Translations under genes and position numbers: made by a program
Assembly: GCA_965226165.1 (NCBI GenBank)
Contig: OZ245334.1
Location: 205,853-269,852 of the forward strand
Reading direction: 5' to 3'
DNA: 64,000 nucleotides
From: Mycoplasmatales bacterium
GTDB lineage: Bacteria > Bacillota_I > Bacilli_A > CBDATW01
In this document: positions 15,126 to 27,545 of the stretch, one piece after another
How the letters are laid out: each line of letters begins with the position of its first letter
How positions within the stretch are numbered: position 1 is the stretch's first letter
The notes under the pieces: model-generated
Database searches by the model: none
Told to the model about the DNA's origin: nothing
The model's input: only the letters and a program-made list of their open reading frames with translations

Positions 15126-15913
15126 ATTTTAACCTTTACAAAATAAGTTTTTGTCTCATCAGGAGCAATTTTTATATTATCCCTTTTTAATAAATCAATA
15201 TTATCATTTTTTTTACTGCAAGGTGAGGTTCAAGGCTCTAAACATAAGAAATTACTATGTTTTTGGTGTCATAAAATTCCATAATCAAAATTACTTTGCA
15301 TCATAATCTTGTGATTAGAACTTTTAATTTCCATAACCTTTGTTGGAATAATTAATGATTCTTGCATATTAAAATTGGGAAATAAATTTTTTAAAATTGT
15401 TATTTTTTTATTTGTTAAAAAATTTTCTTGATCAAGTTTTAAACTAAAGTCATTATCAACAAATAATTGATATTGGTCATTTTTAATAATAAAAGCAGGA
15501 TGTCACCCCAATTGAAAAGCGCTCTTTTTTTCACCATTATTTTTGACTTTAAATTCCACTTTTAAATTTTTTTCTTCTAGTTTGAAAGTTACAAATAATT
15601 TTAAAAAATAGTTTGCTTCTATTTGGTTAATATCAAATGATAAGGTTGCTTCATTTTTTTTAACTGCTTCTATCTTAAAAAAGGCACCCCTGCAATAACC
15701 ATGTTTTGAAAAACTTATTTTCTTTTCATTTAAAAGCAACTTTTCCTTATTATCATCTCCTACAAATGGAAACAAGATTGGTGCTTGTTTTTTTCAAAAA
15801 TCATTTTTTTGGTAAATAAATTCTTGATTATTAATTTTTCAAGAAGTTATTTCTGCTCCTTTTTGATTAATTGTTAAAGATTGATTTTCTTTCTTAATAA
15901 TAATTTGTTTCAT
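15116..15913 (-). CDS. Aldose 1-epimerase family protein (LacX-like)
   Basis: GAEITSW, WKKQAPILFPFVG, KHG, GWHPAF, FLCLEPW; 265 aa. Confidence 0.88.
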
Positions 15914-17737
15914 TTAATCTTCACACCTTTTCTTTGTTTCTTTAATAATAGCTTTATAAATATCAACCATTGACAAAGTGTCTTGTTTACAATATTTATA
16001 AAGATCTTGGATGGTTTTTTTGTCCTTAGGCTTTTTATTAAAATGTTCATACAAGACCTTTGTTGCTAAAAATCCATTATTAATAACTAAATCTTGATAA
16101 GGATTAGTTTTAGGATGGGCAATTTGGATAGTATATTTTATTGATGCAGAACCATTAAACTTTTTCCAAGAAATTCATTTTCTTTCATCCTTGCTTCTTT
16201 TTTTAAAATAATCAAACAAATCTAAAACTGGTAAAAGATTTTCACTAATTAAAGGACTATTAGCAGGATGAACATTAACTAGTGTACTAATTTCCTTTCT
16301 TTTTAAAATTCGTTCCATTGTTCTAATTACAGCATTTTCAAAAGGCTTGTAATAGGAAACCAAAGTATAACCCTTATGAATTCAATCTAAAATCATTTCA
16401 TAAACCTTTGCCATCTCTTTTTTTGATAAGTCTTTAACAATGTATTCATAATGTTTAACAATATTTGTCCCTTTTAATAAGTGACAAGAAATTTGAACAA
16501 TCATTTTATCTCAAGGATGATAATAATCTTGATTTGGCATCGGGTCAGTTATAGTTTCAAAATCAAGCATTGCTAATTTTTGGGGATAACTATTTAATAA
16601 ATTTACCACATCACCACAAAGAAAAGATTCATAAATTTGGGGAACCATAGTATTTAGTTTTTCTACATCTACATCTTGGGTAAAAAACTCATCACCATAT
16701 TGACAAATTTTACAATTAGTATTTAGTAAATCATAATGCAAATAACGAGCATTAGGAACCCAACTTTCTCCTTCTTTTTCTTTTTTTTCGCGAACAAATG
16801 ACAAATCTTGTAAAATCTTTTTTTTATTAATTTTCATAATTTGGGATAAATTTTGATTATCTATTGTTTTTTGGTAAAAAACAAAATCATAATTATTTGT
16901 TGCCATATCTTTTTGAATAAAAGCAATTTTACCAACAATTTTATAATTAGGATATTTTTCTAAAAGGACTCCAAAATTATAAATAAAATTAAAATATATT
17001 TGGCTTTTAGTTTTTTTCCAAATTAAAGGACTCAAATAAGGTGAATGAATTTGGTTATAATCAATTCTTAATTTCACTGATTTTGGCGAAGACTTTATGT
17101 CATCAATTTTGTCCTTAATCATTGTTTTTATTAAAGCAATAAAATTATAATATTCTAAATCAATTTCTCCAATACTTCTAGTAGCTGAAAATTTTTCCTT
17201 TTTAAACAAAGGGTTAATCAAAACATAGTTAGGCGCATTTTGCAATTCATTTCATTTTTCAAAATTAGTGATATCAAAACCCATTGCTTTTTCTAAGCTT
17301 TTAGAAGTTGCCCCCCGGTCTGATAAAGTTTTTTTAAAAAGTTTATCTGGCTCTCAAATCGATGGTTGAACATTAATAAATTCAATTGTTTTTGTTTTTT
17401 TGTTAATTTTTAAAAAATCAAAATTAGCAAACATATCTTTGCTTCTAATTTGAAAGTTTTGATAATATTCATTTAAGTCTAAATTTTTAATTTCAACAAA
17501 TTTATTAACAACTTTTTGTTTTAATATCATAAAATATTCAACCATTGGATTGGTTTCATCAACTTCTTGAAAAATATCTTCCATTTCTAAATATTCATCA
17601 ATATCTAGTTCATGGATATCTTGATCAAAATCTATTTTCTTAGGCAATAAATCATTATTGTAAGCATAAACTAAATGACCACAATTAGGGTTCATTAAAC
17701 TATGTCTAAAGAAAAATTTACTAATATTTTTTTTCAT
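15914..17737 (-). CDS. DUF2779 domain protein (C-terminal RNase H-like fold)
   Basis: Three track ORFs join; LDFET, QISCH, YYKPFE, LDL, GSASIK, YCKQDT motifs; 607 aa. Confidence 0.75.
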
Positions 17738-17782
17738 ATAAATCGGTGCTTTTTAAAGGTAGTTAACCTTATTAAACATAAC

Positions 17783-17868
17783 TGGTACCCGAGGTCAGAC
17801 TTGAACTGACACGAGCATAAGCTCAGAGGATTTTAAGTCCGCCGTGTCTACCATTCCACCACTCGGGC
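17783..17868 (-). tRNA. tRNA-Leu(TAA)
   Basis: GCCCGAG...GGAC-TTAAAA-TCC, long variable arm, GTTCAAGT, encoded CCA. Confidence 0.95.
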
Positions 17869-17871
17869 ATT

Positions 17872-17945
17872 TGGAGGTACCAACCGGATTTGAACCGGTG
17901 ATCAGGGAGTTGCAGTCCCATGCCTTACCACTTGGCTATGGTACC
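17872..17945 (-). tRNA. tRNA-Cys(GCA)
   Basis: GGTACCA acceptor stem, anticodon loop CTGCAAC, U73, encoded CCA. Confidence 0.95.
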
Positions 17946-18063
17946 ATTAACCCACTTAATAATTTTATCATAAAATCCTGGTTTTAAAAAAATATTTTTT
18001 TAATAAAAAAAAGAAACTAAAAAGCTTCTTTTTTGTTTATTTTTATGATTATTAAAAACAAAA

Positions 18064-18387
18064 TTAACTATGCTTTTTAATAAAGTTAACAATAAAATCT
18101 TTATCTTTAAAACCAACAAAACGTTCAACTTCTTCACCATCTTTGTAAAGAATCACTGTGGGATAACTATTAACATCATTATTTTCTAAATATTGACCAT
18201 TTTGGTCACCATCCATTTTAACAATGTTGACTTTACCATCATTTTTAAAATGATCTGCGACTTGGTCAATAATAGGCATTAACATTTTACAAGGCCCACA
18301 CCAAGTGGCGAAAATATCCAATAACACAAAATTATGTTTTTTTAATACTTCTTCGATTTCATTCATTTTTATTAAAGTTGCTGACAT
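18064..18387 (-). CDS. trxA: Thioredoxin
   Basis: WCGPC active site. Confidence 0.95.
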   Translation of the reverse strand: MSATLIKMNEIEEVLKKHNFVLLDIFATWCGPCKMLMPIIDQVADHFKNDGKVNIVKMDGDQNGQYLENNDVNSYPTVILYKDGEEVERFVGFKDKDFIVNFIKKHS

Positions 18388-18419
18388 TTTTAATTTCCTT
18401 TTAATCTAATTTTTCAAAA

Positions 18420-18496
18420 TGGGGCGCTGAACGGGAATTGAACCCGCGAATGCCTGAACCACAATCAGGTGTGTTAACCACTTCACCACCAACGCC
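18420..18496 (-). tRNA. tRNA-His(GTG)
   Basis: G-1, anticodon loop TTGTGGT, C73, encoded CCA. Confidence 0.95.
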
Positions 18497-18567
18497 ATAC
18501 TATAACTAATTTTATCATTAAAAAAGTTAAAAAAGCAATATTTTTTAAGATATCAATAAATTTGCAA

Positions 18568-20040
18568 TTATTTTTGTGAAACTCGCACTTTTAAAGTGCC
18601 ATCACTAATATAAAATTGATCAAAAGCATTTTTTCGATTTGATGAAGAAGTGATGATTTTGCTTTGCTTTTCTTTTAAACCAAAAGCTTTTGTTACTTTG
18701 CGCCCATTAATTAAAACATCATAAGTTCCACTTGGTAATTTTTTATGGTAAAAATAAGGAATTGATTCAACCTGGAATTTTGTTTGCTTTCTTGAATCAA
18801 AAGGCCTTCAATTATAAAAAGTGTTAGTAAACCTTTGTTTTTCTTCAAAAGGATATTTGATCCCATTTTTTTCAAGTTCTATTTTTGCATTTTTATGTTT
18901 TGAAAAAAGATACATTTGTTTTCTTCCATTATAACTAGCAGCAGAAATTTCTTGATCTTTTTCATTAAACCATTCCTCTTGCATTAAAACCTTGAATTCA
19001 TCCAATTGTTTATTCAAGTCATTTTGTTGAATTTCACACTCTTTATTGTAATGGTTTTCATAAAGGTTAATCCCATAATGATTAAACCAAGCATAATCAT
19101 TAATAATTTCTCCAAAGGCAGTAACTGAATCATCCTTATGAAGTTCTTTTGGAGAATAATATGTTAAAAGTTGAAAAGCTCTAGTCATTGATTCTGCTGC
19201 AGTTCAACGATAACTATTAAAAGCTTTAGAAATTGTTCTTTCTGGCCAATTGTTTTCCTTAGTCTTATTATTTTTACATTTTCCTATTTTTGCTGAATAT
19301 GCAACAATTGCTTCTGCTGAATAAACATTTCTTGCTTCTTTAAAATCACTAAAATCAAAGAAATCATCCATAAACTTACGACCAACATTATTTAGTTCAA
19401 AATCATAAAGTTCATGATCTGATAAAGCATTTTTATTTTCAAGTAAAACAATTTTATTAGTTGAACCATAAATAAAATTTTGGTGATGACCATATTCATG
19501 GGACAAGGTGTATTGTCAATATTCTAGATCATAAGGAGTTATTTCGTCTTTGCCAAATGCTTCTGCAATTGACCTTTTAACAACCCTTCTTTGGGTAACC
19601 CTTCTATTGTTGGGAAAAAGGGTAATGGTTTTATAATAAGGAGAATAAGAACCAAATAAATCCCCATCCTGGGTGAAGCCATCAAAAATGATTTTATTTA
19701 GGGTATAAACCTCACTGCCATAAAAAACATTATTAACAAATCAAGAATATATGCGCATTAAGTTTTCTTTGGTGCTCATTTTTTCAATGTTATAAACTTC
19801 AATATCAAAAGCATCAAAGCCACAAATAAAACTATCATAAATTAAAGCATTTTCCTGACTTTGCACTTTAGTCTTTTCACAAGTAACATCTTCTGCTTTT
19901 AAGTTTAATAGATTGGTATTATTGTAATGATTTTTTTGCTTAGCACCTAATCCTACAAAATCCAAAAATGAACAAGAAGACAAGAAAAAAGAAGAAACTA
20001 AAACTAATGGTTGATGAAGTTTATTTTTTAAAATTCTCAC
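18568..20040 (-). CDS. Lipoprotein zinc metalloprotease (HEXXH; MYPU_1760-like)
   Basis: Lipobox FLSSC; YTLSHEYGHH; downstream AAESMTRAF; three fragments join; 490 aa. Confidence 0.75.
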
Positions 20041-20183
20041 TATAAAAAACTTTCTATTAAATGCATTTATTTTACATTATACTCATTTAAGCATATAATA
20101 TTATTAATTATAAATAGAAATTAATTTTAATCAATAAGAAAATGTATTTATTGGTCTAAAATTTTTTGTAGGAAGATAATAAG

Positions 20184-21020
20184 ATGAAAATAAAAATAAT
20201 TGTAGATGGAGCTTGTGGTTTAAGCCCTGAAGAAATTAAAAAATATGACTTAGGATATATTCCTCTTTACTCAATTATAGAAGATAAAAAAATTGCTTCT
20301 AATGATGAAAATTTAGCAAAACTTCTATATGAAGGGTTTAAAGCAAACAAAAACCTTTCCACTTCTCAACCTTCAAAAGGAGATATTTTAAAAGTAGTTG
20401 AAAAATATAAGGAATATGATTTATTAGTGTTCTTATCAGTTAGTTCTAAACTTTCTAAAACTTATGATAATCTTTTAAACACAACTAAAGATTATAATAA
20501 TGTTTTAGTTTTTGATTCATACAATGGAGACACTGTTATATATGAAATGGTTACAAAGTTAAATAAACTTATAAAAAACAAAAAACCAAGCAAAGAAGAG
20601 GTTTTAAAGCTTTTAAATACGATAAGAAAACAAAACAACAAAAAGCAATTCTTAATTCTTGATGACTTAAAACCAATTGTCAAATCAGGGCGTTTAAAAC
20701 CATCGCTAGCCTTCATTGCTAAATTGATGCAAATCAAACCAATTTTAGCTTTTGATAATGGAGAAATTATAAATTTTGCTAAGGTGAGAAGCACAAAAAG
20801 AGCTATTCAAAAATGTTTAAAAAATCTTGCTGAAGATATTGACCAAATTGACAAAGTTGTTGTGTCTCATTTTTTTGCTAAAGATGAAATTATTGAAATT
20901 TTAAAAAAACAAGTTAAAGAAATTTTAAATAAACCTTTAGAAATAAGAAAATTTTCTCCCCTTGTAGCCACTCATACTGGGGTTGGAACAATAACGATTG
21001 CTAGATTTTTAAAAAACTAA
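20184..21020 (+). CDS. degV: DegV family fatty-acid-binding protein
   Basis: STSQPS, VSSKLSKTY, FDS, KSGR, IKPIL, VATHTG. Confidence 0.93.
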   Translation: MKIKIIVDGACGLSPEEIKKYDLGYIPLYSIIEDKKIASNDENLAKLLYEGFKANKNLSTSQPSKGDILKVVEKYKEYDLLVFLSVSSKLSKTYDNLLNTTKDYNNVLVFDSYNGDTVIYEMVTKLNKLIKNKKPSKEEVLKLLNTIRKQNNKKQFLILDDLKPIVKSGRLKPSLAFIAKLMQIKPILAFDNGEIINFAKVRSTKRAIQKCLKNLAEDIDQIDKVVVSHFFAKDEIIEILKKQVKEILNKPLEIRKFSPLVATHTGVGTITIARFLKN

Positions 21021-21023
21021 AAT

Positions 21024-22859
21024 CTAAGTAGTAATAACATCTTCAAATAATTCTTGATCAAAAGAATCAAGTAATGCTTCAAAATATCTCTTTTGGTTAA
21101 AATAAGCGAATTGGTTTTTAGAGTCTAAGCTTTGATAATCAAGGGTTGAACCAAAAAGAGTATGTTTGCCTAACATATAATCTTCTCCACCAAGATATTG
21201 GGCAATAATGCTTTTCATTGCATATGCCATAATTCCCTGATTTTCTCCACCAATAAAACCTAAAACTTTAATATTATGACGTTGCAAGGCATCTTTATCA
21301 TCTTGATTAGTTTCAGTTCATGATTGACCAATTTGACCAACTTTTTCAGTTTCATTATGATCAAGAATTAATCTAAATTTACGAGTTGAACTATATGATC
21401 TTGTGCTTGTTCCAGTTTTGTTATATTTATAAATAGAACCAATTAATCCAAAATTTTCATTTTCTTCAAAAGCATTATCATTAGTTCCTCCAGTTGTACT
21501 TCCCTTTCAATCATCAATTGTTGAACCCGCTAAATACATTACTTGATTATCAGCATCTGTAAAACTATCACTATTAATAAAGTTAGCAATTTTATGGTCT
21601 TCTTTTCAATTATCAATTGAGTAATATAACTTCTTTGTTTTTTCACTATCATCATGAGATTTGTCAACAAAAGTAACATTTAAAAAGGGGGCATATTTAG
21701 TGTGTTGACTAGCTGCAATAACCCCTTTTTTAAAAGCATTTGCCTTTTTTTTGCTTTTATTACTAGTAGTTGATGCAATAAAAAATCCAACATTAGTTTT
21801 TTCATATTCTTTTTCTTCAACATTATAATTTATTTGAGAAATTGCTACCTGAAAACCAGCTGTATAAGCTGCTAAATATTCACTAAATGAAGCAGTGGAA
21901 ATGTTTGAACTTGCAAATTGATTACTACTTCCACTTTCTTTTTGAGCATTTTTTCCAATAAGAAAAATATTTGTATCACTAAAATTATTATTAGTAACAA
22001 AATCTTTATAAAAATCTTCATTATTCACTATTCCATCTTGGGTTGAAATATAAAGCGAATCCAAATAAGAGTTTTTTAATTCTAAAGTATGATCAATTAA
22101 AGTTTTTTTAACCACTGATTTAGCAATTAATTCATCATAGTTTTTTTCTGATAAAGCAAAAGCTTGATTTGTGCTTGTTGCTGATGCAAATTTAATTTCT
22201 AAATCACTAGCTTTTGTGGTTCCAGCAGTTCCGGTGTCATGGCTTCCCAAAACTACTACTCATTTACCTTCATCTAAATTCATTTTTTGATACATAGTAA
22301 TTGTCGCCACATAAAATCCAAAAAGTTCATTAATATTAACCCGACTTTTATCTTTTATATTTTGAAACAACAATTTAACAAAAGCACTTGGTTTTCCTTT
22401 TGTTCCATATAATTCTCTTCTCCCAAGTAAGGGCAAAGAAATCAAGTGAGCATTATTTGCTGTTGCAATATTGGCTTTTTCATTTTCAATTGAAATAGCA
22501 TATAACTGATTTTGTAATTCAATAATAGCTTTTTGATAATCAGGATTTTTATTAATATCTATTCAATAATTTTTTTGTGATGTTTGTAGTTTTAAGCTTT
22601 TTGGTAACTGAAAATAAGCATCACCAATTCTGGTTGGGTTTTCAATATCTTGGGTATAAGTTTTTATTGCTTGAGCTAATGAAAAACCTTTTTTTGTATT
22701 CAAGAAATCATCAGCAACCATCCCGATTTTAAAATCACCTTGTTTTGAAGGTCGAGAAATTTGAAAGACTTCTGAATTGCTAGAGTCACTTAATTGACGA
22801 GTTTTACAACCATTTAAGCCCGTTCCTAATATTGTTAAAAATAATAATTTTTTTTTCAT
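21024..22859 (-). CDS. Lipoprotein, divergent BMP/PnrA-like substrate-binding protein
   Basis: Lipobox GLNGC; four in-frame fragments; FSEYLAAYTAGFQVA and LGFIGGEN resemble BMP motifs; 611 aa. Confidence 0.55.
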
Positions 22860-22873
22860 TTCTACCCCTTTAT

Positions 22874-23860
22874 TTATTTAATGCTTTTTCCTTTTAATGT
22901 TGAACCAAATTTAATAATGCGATCATTTTTTAAATAAGCTTCTTTGATATCCTTATGAATTTCAAAATTATTTTTAATTAAAGAATCAGCTCATTTAATG
23001 CTAATCTCCATTGCTTCTGCTCATTTAAAAGCAACAACACTATAAATGTTTCCCTTTTTAAGTTCTTCATCAATATCCCCATTATATCCAAAACCAGCAA
23101 TTAATTTTTTTTGCTTTGCATGTAAATTTTCATTACCAAATTTTTCTTTATTGGTTGATACTATACCAAGAGTTGTATTAGGGGTATCACTTATCCATAA
23201 ATTAGTATATTGATTAGCTTCAATAATTTGTTTTGATTTTGATGTTGCTAAAACTTTATTATAAGAACTAGAAATGACATCAACATCAGAAAATTCCTTT
23301 CATTGCTTTATAAAGGCATCATATTTTTTCTTTGAATCAGGATTTTCCTCTGATCCAATCATATAAATACTATTATCTTTTAAAAAGTTAATATCCTTGT
23401 TTTTACCTAACTCATTTTTTACTTGTGTAGCTAGTTTAGAACCTGCTTCTAAATAATCTGGCAAAACAAACCCATCAACATCTAGACCATAAACCTTATT
23501 TCCCACAACTATAATTTTTTTGTCTTGTTTTTTAGCATATTTTAAAGCATCTATATTTAAACCATTAGCAATTTCAAAAATCAAAACCTCAGCATTATTT
23601 TTAATAGCATCTTTAGTGTTTTGCATCTCTTTAATTGATTCTTCATCAGAATCATAAAAATTGATATTATGTCCATATTTAGATTTTAATCCAAGTGAAT
23701 CAATAGCATTAAACATCATTTTAACATTGTATGAATCTAATGAACTTCCAATAAAAGCGATTTTGGCATCCTTGACATTTGTACTTTTGTTTTCGTCTGT
23801 TGTTTTAGTTCCACAAGAACTTAATAATAAGCCTAAAATAACTAAGGGTTTTTTATTCAT
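22874..23860 (-). CDS. Lipoprotein, RbsB-like sugar-binding protein
   Basis: Lipobox LLSSC; KIAFIG, AEVLI, KIIVVG, FVLPDYLEAG, IAGFG typical of type I periplasmic-binding fold; 328 aa. Confidence 0.65.
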
Positions 23861-23912
23861 ATATAATTTCTCTCTATAATAAATTTACTAATAATATTAT
23901 AAACTAATTTAC

Positions 23913-23927
23913 AAAAAAAAAAAAAAA
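23913..23927. repeat. A15 homopolymer tract
   Basis: 15 consecutive A (T15 on minus) 11 nt upstream of a minus-strand TATAAT at 23896-23901. Confidence 0.9.
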
Positions 23928-23959
23928 CAGGTTTTAAATATTTACTTTTAAAAAAACTT

Positions 23960-25654
23960 TTAAACACCTTGCAAGTTTTTATAAATTTCACTATTTTCTA
24001 AAAGCTGTTCATGAGTTCCTCTTGCCAGAATTTTTTTATTTCCCACAATTAATATTTCATCACAACTAACTATGGTTTTTAGACGATGGGCAATAATTAT
24101 TGAAGTGCGATTTTCCATTAAGTTATCTAAAGCTTTTTGAATTTTCCGTTCAGTTGCAGTGTCTAGTGCTGAAGTTGCCTCATCCATAATAATGATGTTA
24201 GGGTTTTTTAAGATAACTCTAGCAATTGCCACTCTTTGTCTTTGGCCCCCTGATAGCTTAATTCCATTTTCACCAACAATTGTATTAATACCTTTTTTAT
24301 GAGTTTTAACAAAATCTCAAAGTTCTGCTTTTTTAATTGCTTTAATTACTTCCTCTTTTGATGCCTTAATGTTTCCATATTTAACATTATTAAATAATGA
24401 ACCAGGAAAAATAAAAGGTTGTTGTTGAATTAAACCTAATTGGTTTCTAAAAGAAAAAATATCATATTTTTTAATATCTTCTCCATCAATAAAAACTTTA
24501 CCTTTGTAATCGTCAATAAAACGTAAAATGGTATTAATTATTGTTGTTTTTCCGCCCCCTGTTTGCCCCACAAAAGCAATTTTTTTAGAAAAAGGAATTT
24601 TAAAAGAAATTTTTTCTAGTACTACATTTTTGCCAAAGGCAATAGAAACATTTTTAAATTCAATGGCATTTGAAAAAGTTTTTAATATTAATTTTCCTTC
24701 ATTCTTCTGGGGCAAAGTATTAGTTATTTTTTGAATTCTTTCATAAGAACTTCTTGCTTGTTTTCATACTTTAACAAAGTTTCTCACCCGAAAAATAGGA
24801 TCAATTAAATAACCTGTATACATGGCAAATAAAATAAAATTAGAAACACTAAGATTACCAATTGTCACTAAATAATATCCAAAAATTAAGATAACTAGAG
24901 TTGAACCATGAAACGATATTGAACCCACCATATCATGAATCCCGATTTTTTTAGTAGCAGACCATCAGCTTTTTCGATATTTTTTACTAACTTTGTAAAA
25001 TCTTTTGTAATCAAATTCTTCATTATTAAAAGCTCTTGATTCATGAATTCCGTGAAAATTATTTAAAGCTTGCTGATTCATTTTCGCTCTTTGATCCCTA
25101 ATTTTTTTAAAAACATTTTTCATTCCTTTTGATGTTAGGTAAATAAAAAATGCATTAATAATAAAAATTGTCACCATTAAATAAAACATATTAATATTTG
25201 TTAAAAATGAAACAATCATTACTCCTGAAAAAATAGAAATTGTTCAAAGCATTTCCTCTGGAATGTCTTGAGAAATATCTTTAATTCCTGAAATGTCATT
25301 AATGATTGTTGAAGTTATATCACCAGATTCTTTGTTTTTGAAAAATGATGATGGTAGTTTTTGTAAATGTTTAAATATTTTTAATCTTAATTCTAGTTCA
25401 ATATTTGATCCAATAATATCAGCAACTAGACGATAAAAATATCACACAGTTGAACGAATAAAAATGACGGAAATTAAAATGGTAAAAATAATTTCAATAG
25501 AAATAATTGTGGGAATACCCAAAAATGAATCAATAATTAATTTTTGTCCATAAGGAATTAAAATTGTTAATGCCCCATTAAATATAGTAATAAAAGAAAA
25601 TAAAATTACTCATCAAAAATAATTTTTATAAAGTTTAAAAATATATTTTAACAT
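23960..25654 (-). CDS. ABC exporter, fused permease/ATPase (MdlAB type)
   Basis: N-terminal TM domain; GQTGGGKTT, LSGGQRQR, MDEATSALD, IAHRL; 564 aa. Confidence 0.93.
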
Positions 25655-25698
25655 TCATTTAGCCTCTTCTTTTATTATTATATATATTTATATTAAAA

Positions 25699-25720
25699 AT
25701 AAAGTCTTTATTGACTTTAT
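25699..25720 (-). terminator. Terminator downstream of tRNA-Trp(TCA)
   Basis: ATAAAGTC-tttatt-GACTTTAT hairpin followed by T-run on minus strand. Confidence 0.55.
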
Positions 25721-25731
25721 AATTTTCAAAA

Positions 25732-25808
25732 TGGCACGGGTAGCAGGATTTGAACCCACGACACCAGGATTTGAAGTCCTGTGTTCTACCAGACTGAACT
25801 ATACCCGT
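25732..25808 (-). tRNA. tRNA-Trp(TCA), UGA-decoding
   Basis: ACGGGTA/TACCCGT acceptor, stem CAGGA/TCCTG with loop CTTCAAA, short variable loop, G73, CCA; 77 nt. Confidence 0.95.
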
Positions 25809-25846
25809 AATTTCAAAAATATTTTAGCATATTAGCAATATTTTAT

Positions 25847-26320
25847 CTATTCATTTTTAAGCAAACTTAATTCATGAACACCATTTAACTCTTGGTCATT
25901 AGCAAGTTTCATTTTAATTTCAATTTTAACAGCATTAATCTTTTCTTTATTTTCATAAAAGTAAAAAACTAAGGATGTTGTTCCCTTTAAGCTATTATAA
26001 ATTTTGAAATGTTCTTTATATTGTTTAATAAAAGCACTAGTATCAACTTCACTATTCTTTATTAAGTTATTAAAAAGATTAGGATTAGGATAAATAATTT
26101 TTGGCAAAAAATTTGCTTTGGTTAAACCAGTTCAAGGAATAGTTTTTTTAGTCTTTGTTGTTTCCTGATTTTGCATTTGCTTTTGTTCGGAAGGTGGTGA
26201 GGGTTTATTTTTAGGAAAATAAAGCAAAATTCCTAAAATTAAAAAAATGCCAACAAATAGTAAAATAAAATATTCTTTATATCAAAAAATTTTCTTTTTT
26301 AATGATTTTCAAAACGCCAT
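25847..26320 (-). CDS. Hypothetical membrane-anchored protein
   Basis: Code-4 ORF 157 aa with one N-terminal TM (YFILLFVGIFLILGILLYF) and Pro/Gln-rich linker. Confidence 0.7.
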
Positions 26321-27161
26321 TAATGTCTTCTTTCTTAAAGCAAAAATAAGAATCTATACAATCACCAAAATAATTTTTTAAAACTTTAAATTCTCAGCTA
26401 AAAAATAGTTTTCTGCGATTAATACCTTTTTTGTAAGTTATCGTTCAATTAATCTTATATAAACCAGGTTTTAACTTTGTTTCTAAATCTTTATTAGCAA
26501 TATTAGTTTGCATTATTTGCTCAGTTTTTAAATTGACTAATTCTGATTCAAAAGTAATACTTTCACTATCCTTAATTTTTAATAAATTTTCTTCTTGGAA
26601 ATATAAATAACTATCTTTAGCTAAAACATTAAAAAAAATTTCATCATAAAAATAAGAAAATTTTTTAGTGTTGTTATTAAAAATTGTTTTATTTACAACT
26701 TTATATTTAAAATTACCACGCTTGCTAATTTTTGTTCTTAACTCTGTTTCTGGGTTTAAATATATTCTTGAAGACATTGTAAAGTCTTGACCCCATTTTG
26801 CTAAAAAATGAATATCTAATATTTCATTTTCAACACTATTTGGCAAAAGAATCTTCATTTGTCTATATCTTTTTGAACTTGTTACCTTAGTTAAGATTTC
26901 TTCTTTAAAAATGTTATTAACTTTGGTATTGATGTGGGTTTGTTTTTTGGTATTAATGTAATAATCAATAATGACATTTATTTCTTTATTTTTTTCATAA
27001 ACACTTAACCTTTCAAAACGAAAAGGTGAATCAATAGCTTCATCATACTTGTGTGATGTGGTTACAAAATTTTTGTTTTGTGTTTGATTATTTTCATTTT
27101 GAATAGTTGTATTATTAAACAAAAAAAGATTAATACTGCATAAAATTTTTAATAATTTCAT
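26277..27161 (-). CDS. Hypothetical secreted protein
   Basis: 294 aa code-4 ORF with signal-like N-terminus, coupled to upstream gene. Confidence 0.7.
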
Positions 27162-27475
27162 TATGAAAATAAGTAGAAACTAAAATAATTAATTGCTTGT
27201 CTTCTTTTTAAGTAATAATTACTTTTTGAATAACAATCTATTCATCAATTAGTATTATTTTTAAATATAAAATCATTTTTAATTATCTTTTTTTGTTCAG
27301 AATCCATAACATTTAAAACCCTATTAACAAAATCAATTAATTGTTGATCTTTTGGTTTTTTTTGCAATAGTGTTCCGTTTTGATCTAATAAAGCTTTTTT
27401 ATAAGCAATACAAACACTATCAATAAAATTAATTTTTTCTTTCAAATTAATTTGTTGTACTTTTTGAAATTCCAA
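27161..27475 (-). CDS. MG284/MPN403 family protein
   Basis: IIKNDFI...NWWIDCYSKSNYYLKRRQAI motif; directly downstream of proS. Confidence 0.75.
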
Positions 27476-27545
27476 TTTACACTCCTTTTACTCTTCCCAT
27501 AAAATAGATAATAAAAAAATTATAAATTCCTATTTTTTTCTTAAA

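Noticed and set aside
25732-25808. tRNA-Sec or opal suppressor
   Set aside because: 77 nt with short variable loop, 7-bp acceptor stem and strong similarity to tRNA-Trp(CCA); no sel genes in the window
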